NCBI RefSeq assembly: GCF_003086415.1
Contig: NZ_QEFP02000004.1
Span: 1-32,000, forward strand
Source of the DNA: Candidatus Nanobsidianus stetteri
GTDB taxonomy: Archaea > Nanobdellota > Nanobdellia > Nanobdellales > Nanobdellaceae
Length of the DNA: 32,000 nucleotides
Direction: 5' to 3'
Within the stretch, counting starts at the first letter, position 1. Each line of letters begins with the position of its first letter. Positions 17,072 through 25,086 of the stretch are shown here, piece after piece. The notes beneath the pieces are model-generated. The model did no database searches and was not told the origin of the DNA. It was given only the letters and a program-made list of their open reading frames with translations. The position numbers and the translations under genes are program-made.

Positions 17072-18385
17072 ATGCGCAATTATATGTCTTGTCTAGATGA
17101 AAAAAGTTATGATGATTATTTTCAATGTATTAGAAATTGTGTAAATTATAAGAATTCATTTGAAGGAGCTTCATATATTATAAAAACTAATTCAGGAACG
17201 GAAGCAATAAAAAAAGAGGAAATATTTTATAGCATTTATGGACCTATAATATTAAACTATCACAGTTTAGCATTTCTTAGTAAAACTTATAGATTAAAAT
17301 TAGAATATCCTTATTTACCAGAAAATTCACAACTTATAGTATCATTAAAGAAGAAAAATAAAACTGTAGAATATATTATAGATATCGGAAAAAGAAGAGA
17401 AGATATACATTTCGATGCTGATTTGAGAACAAAACTCCCTGAATCTATTTTATTAACAAATTTAGAAGATCCTGAAGATATTAAAAAATTGATAGAAGCC
17501 AGACCATATGGTTTTAAAACAAAAAGAGATATAGAAAAATTAAAGAATGCTTTAGCTAAAAGATATATCGATATTTTTTATGCTCCATTATCTTTATCAC
17601 TAATATTACCACTTAAAAATCAAGAATATTTTCCAAATATATATTATATAAGTAAACCTTATACAATAAGTACTCCTTATGTATTTGAAATATTACTTGG
17701 AACTTGGGATATTATCAAGGTACCTAAAAAATTATATACTTATAAGTTGAATTTTCTTTCAATTATAGGATTTGAGAGATCTCCTACAATGGTGCCTCAT
17801 TTAGTAGATCTGAATCCTTACTTTGAATTGAATCGAAAAAATCTCAATAAATTTGAAATACAAATAAAGTATGATGAGTTTCAAAATAGATTTTATAATT
17901 TTATGACTGAAACTCTAAAAGTAATTTCGATTTTAAAGTTTTCTCCAGCGGATATAGGACCACAACAGATGGTAATGAAGAACGGTAGGGTTATATTTAT
18001 AGATATTGCATCCGGAAATGATATAGCAATAAGTCAAAAAGGATTAGAAAAAATCATAGTTGAAGCTACTAAAGATATCATAGAAGGAATTGAAAACTCT
18101 CCATTATTAAAACATTGTATAAAGAAAGAAAATTATGTTATTTGTAATGAAAAAATAAAAGAGTCTGAATTGTCTAAAATGTTAGTTGCAGATATAAGAA
18201 GATCTTTAATAGAAAATCTTAATTATAATAGAACTTATAACTTAGATAATTTACTTAAGAATATTAAAATTGGTGATCATAGATTAGATGATATAATTAT
18301 ACAATATAAAGATGATGAATTTGAAGAAAATAGAGAAATTGTATTAGGAGCATTAAAATTATACTTAGGAAGTCTTACTAATTAG
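17072..18385 (+). CDS. Hypothetical protein (437 aa), weak protein-kinase-like motif
   Basis: I recognise no clear family. The segment FSPADIGPQQMVMKNGRVIFIDIASG loosely resembles a kinase catalytic loop plus metal-binding IDxx motif (HxDLxPxN ... IDF). Confidence 0.5.
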   Translation: MRNYMSCLDEKSYDDYFQCIRNCVNYKNSFEGASYIIKTNSGTEAIKKEEIFYSIYGPIILNYHSLAFLSKTYRLKLEYPYLPENSQLIVSLKKKNKTVEYIIDIGKRREDIHFDADLRTKLPESILLTNLEDPEDIKKLIEARPYGFKTKRDIEKLKNALAKRYIDIFYAPLSLSLILPLKNQEYFPNIYYISKPYTISTPYVFEILLGTWDIIKVPKKLYTYKLNFLSIIGFERSPTMVPHLVDLNPYFELNRKNLNKFEIQIKYDEFQNRFYNFMTETLKVISILKFSPADIGPQQMVMKNGRVIFIDIASGNDIAISQKGLEKIIVEATKDIIEGIENSPLLKHCIKKENYVICNEKIKESELSKMLVADIRRSLIENLNYNRTYNLDNLLKNIKIGDHRLDDIIIQYKDDEFEENREIVLGALKLYLGSLTN

Positions 18386-18415
18386 TTTTTAAATTTTTCT
18401 ATAATTCAAAAAAAT

Positions 18416-18832
18416 ATGAATAATATAGATATAATAAAGGAATTTTTGTATACTCTTTTACTATTATTTTCTGTAGAAACATTTTTAGACTTAATATCAT
18501 TTATTATATATCCATCAATTTTTCCAAATTATGTTAATATTTCTGTTGAAATTTTCTTATTTATAATTTTTTTATTATCAATATTTTCAATTTATTTAAT
18601 AAGAGAAGATAATTTATATGGTTATATAATTTCATTATTTATATCAATATTAATTTTGTTTTCGGCTTTTACATTAAATTCTAATAATATAATAGATATA
18701 GCAGTAAGAAATGTAGCATCTAATTATGGTATATATCCAAATCCAATAATATTGTTTTTCGGTATTTCAATATTTTTAATAAGTATAAGAAAAATAATTC
18801 AATTAAGAAAAACTAAAATTTCTTCAACTTAG
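18416..18832 (+). CDS. Small integral membrane protein (138 aa)
   Basis: About four hydrophobic segments and no recognisable motif. The last 20 nt overlap the 3' end of convergent rpoN. Confidence 0.45.
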   Translation: MNNIDIIKEFLYTLLLLFSVETFLDLISFIIYPSIFPNYVNISVEIFLFIIFLLSIFSIYLIREDNLYGYIISLFISILILFSAFTLNSNNIIDIAVRNVASNYGIYPNPIILFFGISIFLISIRKIIQLRKTKISST

Positions 18833-19010
18833 CAATTATTTCTATTTGTTGAACGTGTCCTAGAAATACCTGTCTGCAACAAGCTCTTTCCAATCCCAAT
18901 TCATCTAAAGCCTCTTTCATTGTTTTACCTTCATTTAATAATTTAATATATCTTTCATATAAATGTCCAATTGGTTTTCCACATGTAAAACATCTAATAG
19001 GTATTATCAT
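18813..19010 (-). CDS. rpoN: DNA-directed RNA polymerase subunit N (Rpo10)
   Basis: 65 aa. [21 protein letters not shown]...[14 protein letters not shown] matches the RpoN/RPB10 zinc-bundle signature (CxxC ... CC). Confidence 0.9.
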   Translation of the reverse strand: MIIPIRCFTCGKPIGHLYERYIKLLNEGKTMKEALDELGLERACCRQVFLGHVQQIEIIAKLKKF

Positions 19011-19042
19011 AGTATTAGAATTTTTACAACATTTTTATAAAT

Positions 19043-20245
19043 CTATGCATTTGCAACTATTTGAATCACATCTCTATGTTTTAATATATAATCCTTTCCT
19101 AAGAATTTTCTTGTCCTAACATCTATAGCTCTTACAAAATTCTTTGCTAAATCAGAATGTATTTTATTTGCAAAATCTATTACAGTACTCCCTGGAGGCA
19201 TTAAAAAACAATCTGGCAATATTCTTCCTTCCTTATCTGCTAAAGAATCTACACCCCCAGGAAATACTGCTACATATTTTAGAACATCAAATACAGTTAT
19301 ATCTAAAATATTTTGAACACCAGTACTTCCAAATTCTTTAAATATATAATTTTCAATAAATTCTAAAGCTTTCTTTTCTTTATCATTTAAATCCCCTTTA
19401 ATTTCAAAATAACTTTCTCCAGGTATATAAAATATCTTTCCCTGTTTATCCAATTCTTTTAATATTAATTCTGCATAACCTGAAGTAGGTATTATAACTT
19501 TATCTGGATATTCTTTCTTTAACCTTTCTAAATTTTTCTTTGCAATATCTATATTTATATCTATCCTATTTGCTGCAATAACAATTGGTTTTGATATTTT
19601 CCTAATTTTAGATGCAAGCTCAAATAATTTTTTATCATCATTTATTATATCATACTCATCTTGATTAATTTTCAATTCTTTAAATGCTTTTGATACATGT
19701 TCTTCTTTAACATTTAATCCAGAAATTAATTTTGCCAATTCTTTATCTAATTCCAAATGTTCATTTTTTATTTTTCTTATATTTTTTTCCAAATTTTTCT
19801 TTATTACACTATAAAACCACCAGTCTATTTCTTCTTCATACCATTTTACATCTTTTATTGGATCATAATTTCCAGGACCAATATATTGTCCCTCTTCATT
19901 TGTTGAACCTGAAATATCTATTACATGTATCAAGGCATCTGCCTGTCTTACATCATCTAAAAATTTATTACCTAAACCCCTACCTTCATGTGCACCAGGA
20001 ACTAATCCAGCTATATCTAATATTTCTATTGGAACAAATCTATATTTTCCCTTTATAAAACCATATCTTGGATTTGATTTAACATTAAATTCTGGTCCAA
20101 CATCTTCTACTCTAACATATCCATAGCCCTTATTTGGTTCTATTGTGGTAAATGGATAATTCGCAATTGCAACATCTTGTAATGTTATTGCTTTAAACAT
20201 AGTAGACTTTCCAACATTTGGTTTTCCAGTAATACCTATTTGCAT
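19043..20245 (-). CDS. Obg/YchF-family GTPase with C-terminal TGS domain
   Basis: G1 is GKPNVGKST, G2 is YPFTTIEPN and G3 is DIAGLVPGA. An inserted helical domain is followed by a C-terminal TGS-like segment (GKDYILKHRDVIQIV). Confidence 0.8.
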   Translation of the reverse strand: MQIGITGKPNVGKSTMFKAITLQDVAIANYPFTTIEPNKGYGYVRVEDVGPEFNVKSNPRYGFIKGKYRFVPIEILDIAGLVPGAHEGRGLGNKFLDDVRQADALIHVIDISGSTNEEGQYIGPGNYDPIKDVKWYEEEIDWWFYSVIKKNLEKNIRKIKNEHLELDKELAKLISGLNVKEEHVSKAFKELKINQDEYDIINDDKKLFELASKIRKISKPIVIAANRIDINIDIAKKNLERLKKEYPDKVIIPTSGYAELILKELDKQGKIFYIPGESYFEIKGDLNDKEKKALEFIENYIFKEFGSTGVQNILDITVFDVLKYVAVFPGGVDSLADKEGRILPDCFLMPPGSTVIDFANKIHSDLAKNFVRAIDVRTRKFLGKDYILKHRDVIQIVANA

Positions 20246-20279
20246 TATAATTTAATAAATAGAATCTTTTTAAAATAAA

Positions 20280-20354
20280 TAGCGGGGGGAGGATTTGAAC
20301 CTCCGACCTGGGGGTTATGAGCCCCCCGGGCACTCCTGGCTGCCCTACCCCGCT
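20280..20354 (-). tRNA. Initiator tRNA-Met (anticodon CAU)
   Basis: The reverse complement is AGCGGGGTAGGGCAGCCAGGAGTGCCCGGGGGGCTCATAACCCCCAGGTCGGAGGTTCAAATCCTCCCCCCGCTA. It has the A1:U72 acceptor end and a G-C-only anticodon stem (GGGGG/CCCCC) around CTCATAA, both archaeal initiator hallmarks. I count about 68% G+C (51/75). Confidence 0.9.
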
Positions 20355-20391
20355 ATATTAAATAAATAATTATCAAAAAATATAAAAAAGA

Positions 20392-20682
20392 TTACTGTTT
20401 TTTAACAAGTACAATTTCTATACTTGATATCCTTCTCTTTTTACCACTTTGATCTACTTGCCTTTCTTCAGAATCTATACTTATACTCTTTATATCGACT
20501 TGTCCTGCCATAAATTTCTTCCTTACAACTTCTGCTACATCTACTGCTCTAGATATATATCTTCCCCTTGCCTTTATTACAACTTCTTTTGCATCCTGGC
20601 TTGTAAATTGCATTGCTACAGCTGTTACATAGTTCATAAATGGCTTATTTCCTATATATATTATTGTTTGTTCTGCCATCAT
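20392..20682 (-). CDS. albA: Chromatin protein Alba (Sac10b family)
   Basis: 96 aa. IYIGNKPFMNYVTAV...VVIKARGRYISRAVDVAEVVRKKF...ISSIEIVL aligns closely by eye with Sso10b/Alba. Its ATG overlaps the S17e TGA. Confidence 0.9.
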   Translation of the reverse strand: MMAEQTIIYIGNKPFMNYVTAVAMQFTSQDAKEVVIKARGRYISRAVDVAEVVRKKFMAGQVDIKSISIDSEERQVDQSGKKRRISSIEIVLVKKQ

Positions 20683-20873
20683 GAGCTTTGTAATTTCTTA
20701 ATTTGCCTTGTTATATATCCAGCCAACATATTTCTTAATCTTTTTGATGGAACTTCAGCCACAACTTCTAATATTTTTACATTTTTCTTATAATCCGTAG
20801 TAAATAGATTGGAATATTTTTCTAATATTTTATCAGCCTCTCTTCTAAATTTACCATGAAGTATTCTGCCCAT
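20679..20873 (-). CDS. rps17e: 30S ribosomal protein S17e
   Basis: 64 aa. MGRI...ILEKYSNLFTTDYKKN...SKRLRNMLAGYITR matches the S17e signature. Confidence 0.85.
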   Translation of the reverse strand: MGRILHGKFRREADKILEKYSNLFTTDYKKNVKILEVVAEVPSKRLRNMLAGYITRQIKKLQSS

Positions 20874-20926
20874 AATTCTTTATTATAAAAAATAAATTTA
20901 TAAAAAGATAGTAAACTATAATAAAA

Positions 20927-21442
20927 ATGAAGGCTGGAAAACAACCTCCAGAGGATATAAATGTATTCATAGAAATACCAAAGGGTAGCAATATAAAATA
21001 TGAATTCGATGAAGAAGAGAAAGTAATAAAGGTAGATAGAATATTATATACAGCAATGTTTTATCCATTTAATTATGGATTTATACCAGAAACTTTGGAA
21101 GAAGATGGTGATCCATTAGATGCTTTAGTTATTACATATGAATCATTCATTCCTGGAGTATTAATAAGGGCAAGACCAATTGGTGTATTAATAACAGAAG
21201 ATGAAGAAGGAATTGATAGAAAGATAATTGCAGTACCACATGAAAAAATAGATCCAAGATTTTCAAATATAAAGGATATAAAAGATTTGCCAGAAGCAAT
21301 ATTAAATCAAATAAAACATTTCTATGAACATTATAAAGAATTGGAACCTGGAAAATTTGTTAAAGTTAAAGAATTCAAAGGAAAGGAAGAAGCATTAAAG
21401 ATAATTAATGAGGCTATAGATAGGTTTAAAAATAAGAAATAA
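20927..21442 (+). CDS. ppa: Inorganic pyrophosphatase (family I)
   Basis: 171 aa. [16 protein letters not shown]...[32 protein letters not shown] is the classic family I PPase active-site region. Confidence 0.9.
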   Translation: MKAGKQPPEDINVFIEIPKGSNIKYEFDEEEKVIKVDRILYTAMFYPFNYGFIPETLEEDGDPLDALVITYESFIPGVLIRARPIGVLITEDEEGIDRKIIAVPHEKIDPRFSNIKDIKDLPEAILNQIKHFYEHYKELEPGKFVKVKEFKGKEEALKIINEAIDRFKNKK

Positions 21443-21455
21443 TAAATATTTTTTA

Positions 21456-21504
21456 GTGAGGAAGCATTACGCTTCTGAAAAATGATGAAAAAATATTTTT
21501 CTGA
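21456..21504 (+). ncRNA. Candidate C/D box sRNA (variant C box)
   Basis: The layout is GTGAGGA (C box with one mismatch, 21456-21462), 12-nt AGCATTACGCTT, CTGA (21475-21478), AAA, ATGATGA (21482-21488), 12-nt AAAAAATATTTT-type A/T guide, then CTGA (21501-21504). The spacing is exactly canonical. However, the first guide is self-complementary (GAAGC-ATTAC-GCTTC), the second guide is low complexity, and the D box overlaps the ATG of the next gene. Confidence 0.45.
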
Positions 21505-22574
21505 TGATAATTAAAAAGAGTTTTGAAGAACATTTCAAAGAATTATTGGGAGATAAATATGAATTGTTTTTGGAATGGTCTTTTAAATTATTAAAGAAAT
21601 CTATAAGAATAAATACAATAAAAGTAAAGGATAATATAAATTTTGAAAACTTAAAAGAAATATTATTATCAAAACAAGATCATTTAAAAGAGAAAGAATT
21701 GGAAGAAATATCTGAAAAAATTGATAATTTATATAATTTAAAGCAAAATCCTTTTAATTTAAATATAAATGCAAAAGAAATATTATCAAGATTAAAAGAA
21801 TATGGATGGGAGATTGAAAGGATACCTTTTTATAAATATGGATTTTGGATAAAGGGAGAAAGAAGAGATATTGGAAATACTATAGAATTTCAATTGGGAT
21901 ATTATTATCCACAGGAAGCTGCATCAATGATACCACCTTTAGCATTGGATTTAAAAAAAGATGATTTGGTTTTAGATGTAGCAGCAGCACCTGGTTCTAA
22001 AACAACACAAATTGCAATGCATATGGAAAATGAAGGATTAATAATTGCAAATGATGTATCAATTGATAGAATTAAAGCATTAAGTGAAAATTTACAAAAG
22101 ATGGGTGTAATAAATACAATTGTAACAATGATGGATGGAAGAAAATTATATAAGTTAAATTTAAAATTTGATAAAATTTTATTAGATGCTCCATGTTCTG
22201 GAACTGGTGCAATAAGAAAATCATATAAAACATTAAAGATATGGAATGAAGATACAATAAATAGATTAGCAAATTTACAAAAGAAATTATTATTAACTGC
22301 ATTTGATTTATTAAAGGATAATGGAATTTTAGTTTATTCTACATGTTCTGTTGAACCATTAGAAAATGAATTTGTAATAGATTATTTATTATCTAAAAGA
22401 GAAAATGCTAAAATTGAGAAAATAGAAATATCAAACTTAAAGAAATCTGAAATAATTTCTGAATATAATGGATATAAATTGGAACATGAAGAAGAAATAA
22501 AAAATACAATAAGATTATGGCCTTGGGATAATGATACAGAAGGTTTTTATATTGCAAAGATAAGAAAAACATAA
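21504..22574 (+). CDS. NOL1/NOP2/Sun-family RNA cytosine-C5 methyltransferase
   Basis: The SAM motif is DVAAAPGSKTT. The catalytic motifs are DAPCSGTG and YSTCS. WPWDNDTEGFYIAK is a typical C-terminus for the family. Confidence 0.85.
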   Translation: MIIKKSFEEHFKELLGDKYELFLEWSFKLLKKSIRINTIKVKDNINFENLKEILLSKQDHLKEKELEEISEKIDNLYNLKQNPFNLNINAKEILSRLKEYGWEIERIPFYKYGFWIKGERRDIGNTIEFQLGYYYPQEAASMIPPLALDLKKDDLVLDVAAAPGSKTTQIAMHMENEGLIIANDVSIDRIKALSENLQKMGVINTIVTMMDGRKLYKLNLKFDKILLDAPCSGTGAIRKSYKTLKIWNEDTINRLANLQKKLLLTAFDLLKDNGILVYSTCSVEPLENEFVIDYLLSKRENAKIEKIEISNLKKSEIISEYNGYKLEHEEEIKNTIRLWPWDNDTEGFYIAKIRKT

Positions 22575-22581
22575 TTTTAAA

Positions 22582-22656
22582 TGCCCCCGAGGGGATTCGA
22601 ACCCCCGATCTCCAGGACCGAAGCCCGGAATGTTGTCCTGGCTACACTACGGGGGC
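22582..22656 (-). tRNA. tRNA-Arg (anticodon UCG)
   Basis: The reverse complement is GCCCCCGTAGTGTAGCCAGGACAACATTCCGGGCTTCGGTCCTGGAGATCGGGGGTTCGAATCCCCTCGGGGGCA. The acceptor is GCCCCCG/CGGGGGC, the anticodon loop is CT-TCG-GT and the T loop is TTCGAAT. Its first 15 nt overlap the 3' end of the upstream CDS. Confidence 0.9.
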
Positions 22657-24168
22657 TTTATTACATATTATTTTTTTATATGAATTAAAATATTCATCAA
22701 AATATTGATCAAATGTATAATTTATATTATATTTCTTTGCTATTTTATTATATATATCTATTAATCTTTTTGGATAATTTTTATCCGGAATTGAATTAGT
22801 CAATTTATGATATTCAAATATCTTAGAAAATCTTTTTTCTCTTTTTACATTTAATCCAATATTTTCAACATTATCTACATTATTTACTTCATAAGTTGAT
22901 TCAAATTTTCCAAAATTAAATCCCGAATATTCAACTGGATTCATTACATTCATTAAATAATCTGAAAAATATTTATCATATATTAAATTTGGTAAAAACA
23001 ATCCTAAAGAAATATATGGATTAAATACTGCAGAACTTTTATTATTAAATGGAATATAAACTGAGATATCATTTAAATCAAATAAATTAGAAATATATCT
23101 TATATCTTTTCCCAATATTGATAATTCTCCATATGCATCTTTTTCTATTAAATATTTTGCAATATTATAATTTATTTCTGAAGATTTATCTAAATTATTA
23201 AAATCAAATAATGATTTATTTAAATCTTTAATTGATATTTTTCCAATATATAACCCTTCTAGAATTATTCCTAAAATATATCCTAAATATAATGTATCTA
23301 AACCATATCTATTTGATAATTCAATTAAATCTCTTATATATTCCTCATTTAATATTCCCAAAAATGGTCCTAAAATATTAAAAGGTTCATATGGGTATTC
23401 TTTCTTTAAATTATTAACTAAAGGGTAAATATAATCATCAAATATCTTCTCATTTTCTTCCTCAGATAAATATATATTTTTATAATTTAAAATTGGAATT
23501 TTATCTGGTATAGATTGATAAAAATCCCTTATTGATTCTCTTCCTTCTTCTATTAATTCTATATCTAATCTTTTATTTTCAATTTTATTATCTCCTCCAA
23601 TTGATAAACCAGATATATTATGATATCTATATAATACAGATCCAATTCCACCTTTTGTAACTTTTATTTTATTATTTTCAAATATAATTAAATTTCCATA
23701 TATTGTAAATTTTGATCCCAATCCATTTAATAAAATAATAAAATCTTTTCCACCATATATATCTTTTAAAGTATTGTATAACTCTTCTTTTCTTTTATAT
23801 ATATCTTCAGATATATCGTTTTCTAAAAATATAACATTATCATTTTCTATAATTAGAAAATATTTTTTATCAGATTTTCCATATAAAACTATTATATCAT
23901 TACCCGTTAATTTAATATACTTACCAAAAGAGGATAAATTAATATCTAGAGAACCTGTTATTGGAGATCTATAAATAATTAATGAATTTATATTATCTTT
24001 ATTTTTTTGATGTCCAACAGAAAATATTGTTAAATTGTTTTCAAATGGTTCCTTTTCATATGTTTTATAATCAAAATGTAAATCAATTGAATGATCCAAT
24101 GTTTTTGAATCAGTTACATAATTTCTTGATTCTTTTTTATACAAATCTATAAACAATACCCTAATCAT
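22642..24168 (-). CDS. Aldehyde:ferredoxin oxidoreductase (AOR)-family homologue lacking the Fe-S cysteines; function unknown
   Basis: 508 aa. Aligned by eye to Pyrococcus AOR: [9 protein letters not shown] vs [36 protein letters not shown] vs [50 protein letters not shown] vs RGGVGAVMGSKNLKAIAVEG, and [15 protein letters not shown]...LSNRYGLDT vs PEYESVWALGANLGI...CDELGLDT. The CxxCxxxC cluster motif is absent, and the only Cys is six residues from the C-terminus. Confidence 0.55.
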   Translation of the reverse strand: [508 protein letters not shown]

Positions 24169-24204
24169 ATAAGATAAATAATTCTTTAAACTATATTAAA
24201 TTAT

Positions 24205-24287
24205 GGACCCGTGCCCGAGTGGACAAAGGGGATCGGTTCAGGTCCGATTGGAGAGATCCTTCCGGGGTTCGAATCCCCGCGGGTCCA
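24205..24287 (+). tRNA. tRNA-Leu (anticodon CAG), class II
   Basis: The sequence is GGACCCGTGCCCGAGTGGACAAAGGGGATCGGTTCAGGTCCGATTGGAGAGATCCTTCCGGGGTTCGAATCCCCGCGGGTCCA. The acceptor is GGACCCG/CGGGTCC and the anticodon loop is TT-CAG-GT. It has a long variable arm and no encoded CCA. Confidence 0.9.
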
Positions 24288-24388
24288 TTAATATTCAATT
24301 TTATCTTACTAATATTAGTACAAAACTAATATAATATAAAATATTGTAAAGTTAAATATAATCTATAACTAAATTATAAAAAATATAA

Positions 24389-24982
24389 TTATTTATTTAA
24401 TCTACTTTCCTTTAATTTATTTAAAAATTCTGCAAATTTTTTTGCAGCTTCTTCTAATAATCCTTCTTCATTATTTATTACTTCTACTATTGTTCCATAT
24501 TCAAACATAAATATTGTAGTAAAATATATTGTCAAATTTTGCTGAATTTCAATTCTTTTTAAATTTTCTATATCCCTTCCTCTTATTTGAATATCTTTTA
24601 ATCTTCTAACAAAAATTTTATCTGGATCTGATATTATTACTGCAATTCCATCTGGTCTTAAAATTTCTGCATACTCTCTTAACATACCTGGAATATATCC
24701 TTCATATGATTCTATTACTAAGTGTGTATCCAAAATTATATCACTTTCCTTTTCCATTTCTTTTATTCTCTTAATTGCTTCCTTTTGTATTTCTTTTTGT
24801 TGTTCGAATGTTAATTTCTTTCTTATTTCATCTCTGTTATTTATATTATATTTTTCTTTTGCTAATTCAAACATGATATCTCCAGTATTTACAACTTTAA
24901 ATTCGTATTTTAAATATTTTCTAGCTTCATTAATTACTGAAGTTTTTCCAACACCTGGTACTCCTACAACAATTACTATCAT
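24389..24982 (-). CDS. adkA: Adenylate kinase, archaeal type
   Basis: 197 aa. The P-loop is VVGVPGVGKTSV, followed by VVNTGDIMFELA and DTHLVIE. Length and pattern match archaeal AdkA. Confidence 0.85.
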   Translation of the reverse strand: MIVIVVGVPGVGKTSVINEARKYLKYEFKVVNTGDIMFELAKEKYNINNRDEIRKKLTFEQQKEIQKEAIKRIKEMEKESDIILDTHLVIESYEGYIPGMLREYAEILRPDGIAVIISDPDKIFVRRLKDIQIRGRDIENLKRIEIQQNLTIYFTTIFMFEYGTIVEVINNEEGLLEEAAKKFAEFLNKLKESRLNK

Positions 24983-25086
24983 AAACTAAATAAATACTAT
25001 GAAAAATAAAAATTTATTGAAAAGATAATGATAATTTTTTTATAACAATCTAAAGTAATTTCCAATATTCTGAATTATAAAGAATA

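Noticed and set aside
24307-24320. Perfect 14-nt palindrome TACTAATATTAGTA downstream of tRNA-Leu(CAG).
   Set aside because: It is composed almost entirely of A/T, a single occurrence, with no second copy or associated gene. Palindromes of this size are expected by chance in DNA this A+T-rich.
25028-25073. C/D box-like string (AATGATAA ... CTGA) between adkA and tRNA-Leu(GAG).
   Set aside because: The C box is degenerate (AUGAUAA). There are no internal D'/C' boxes. The C-to-D spacing (35 nt) does not fit the 12-nt guide ruler. The would-be guides are poly-T/A.
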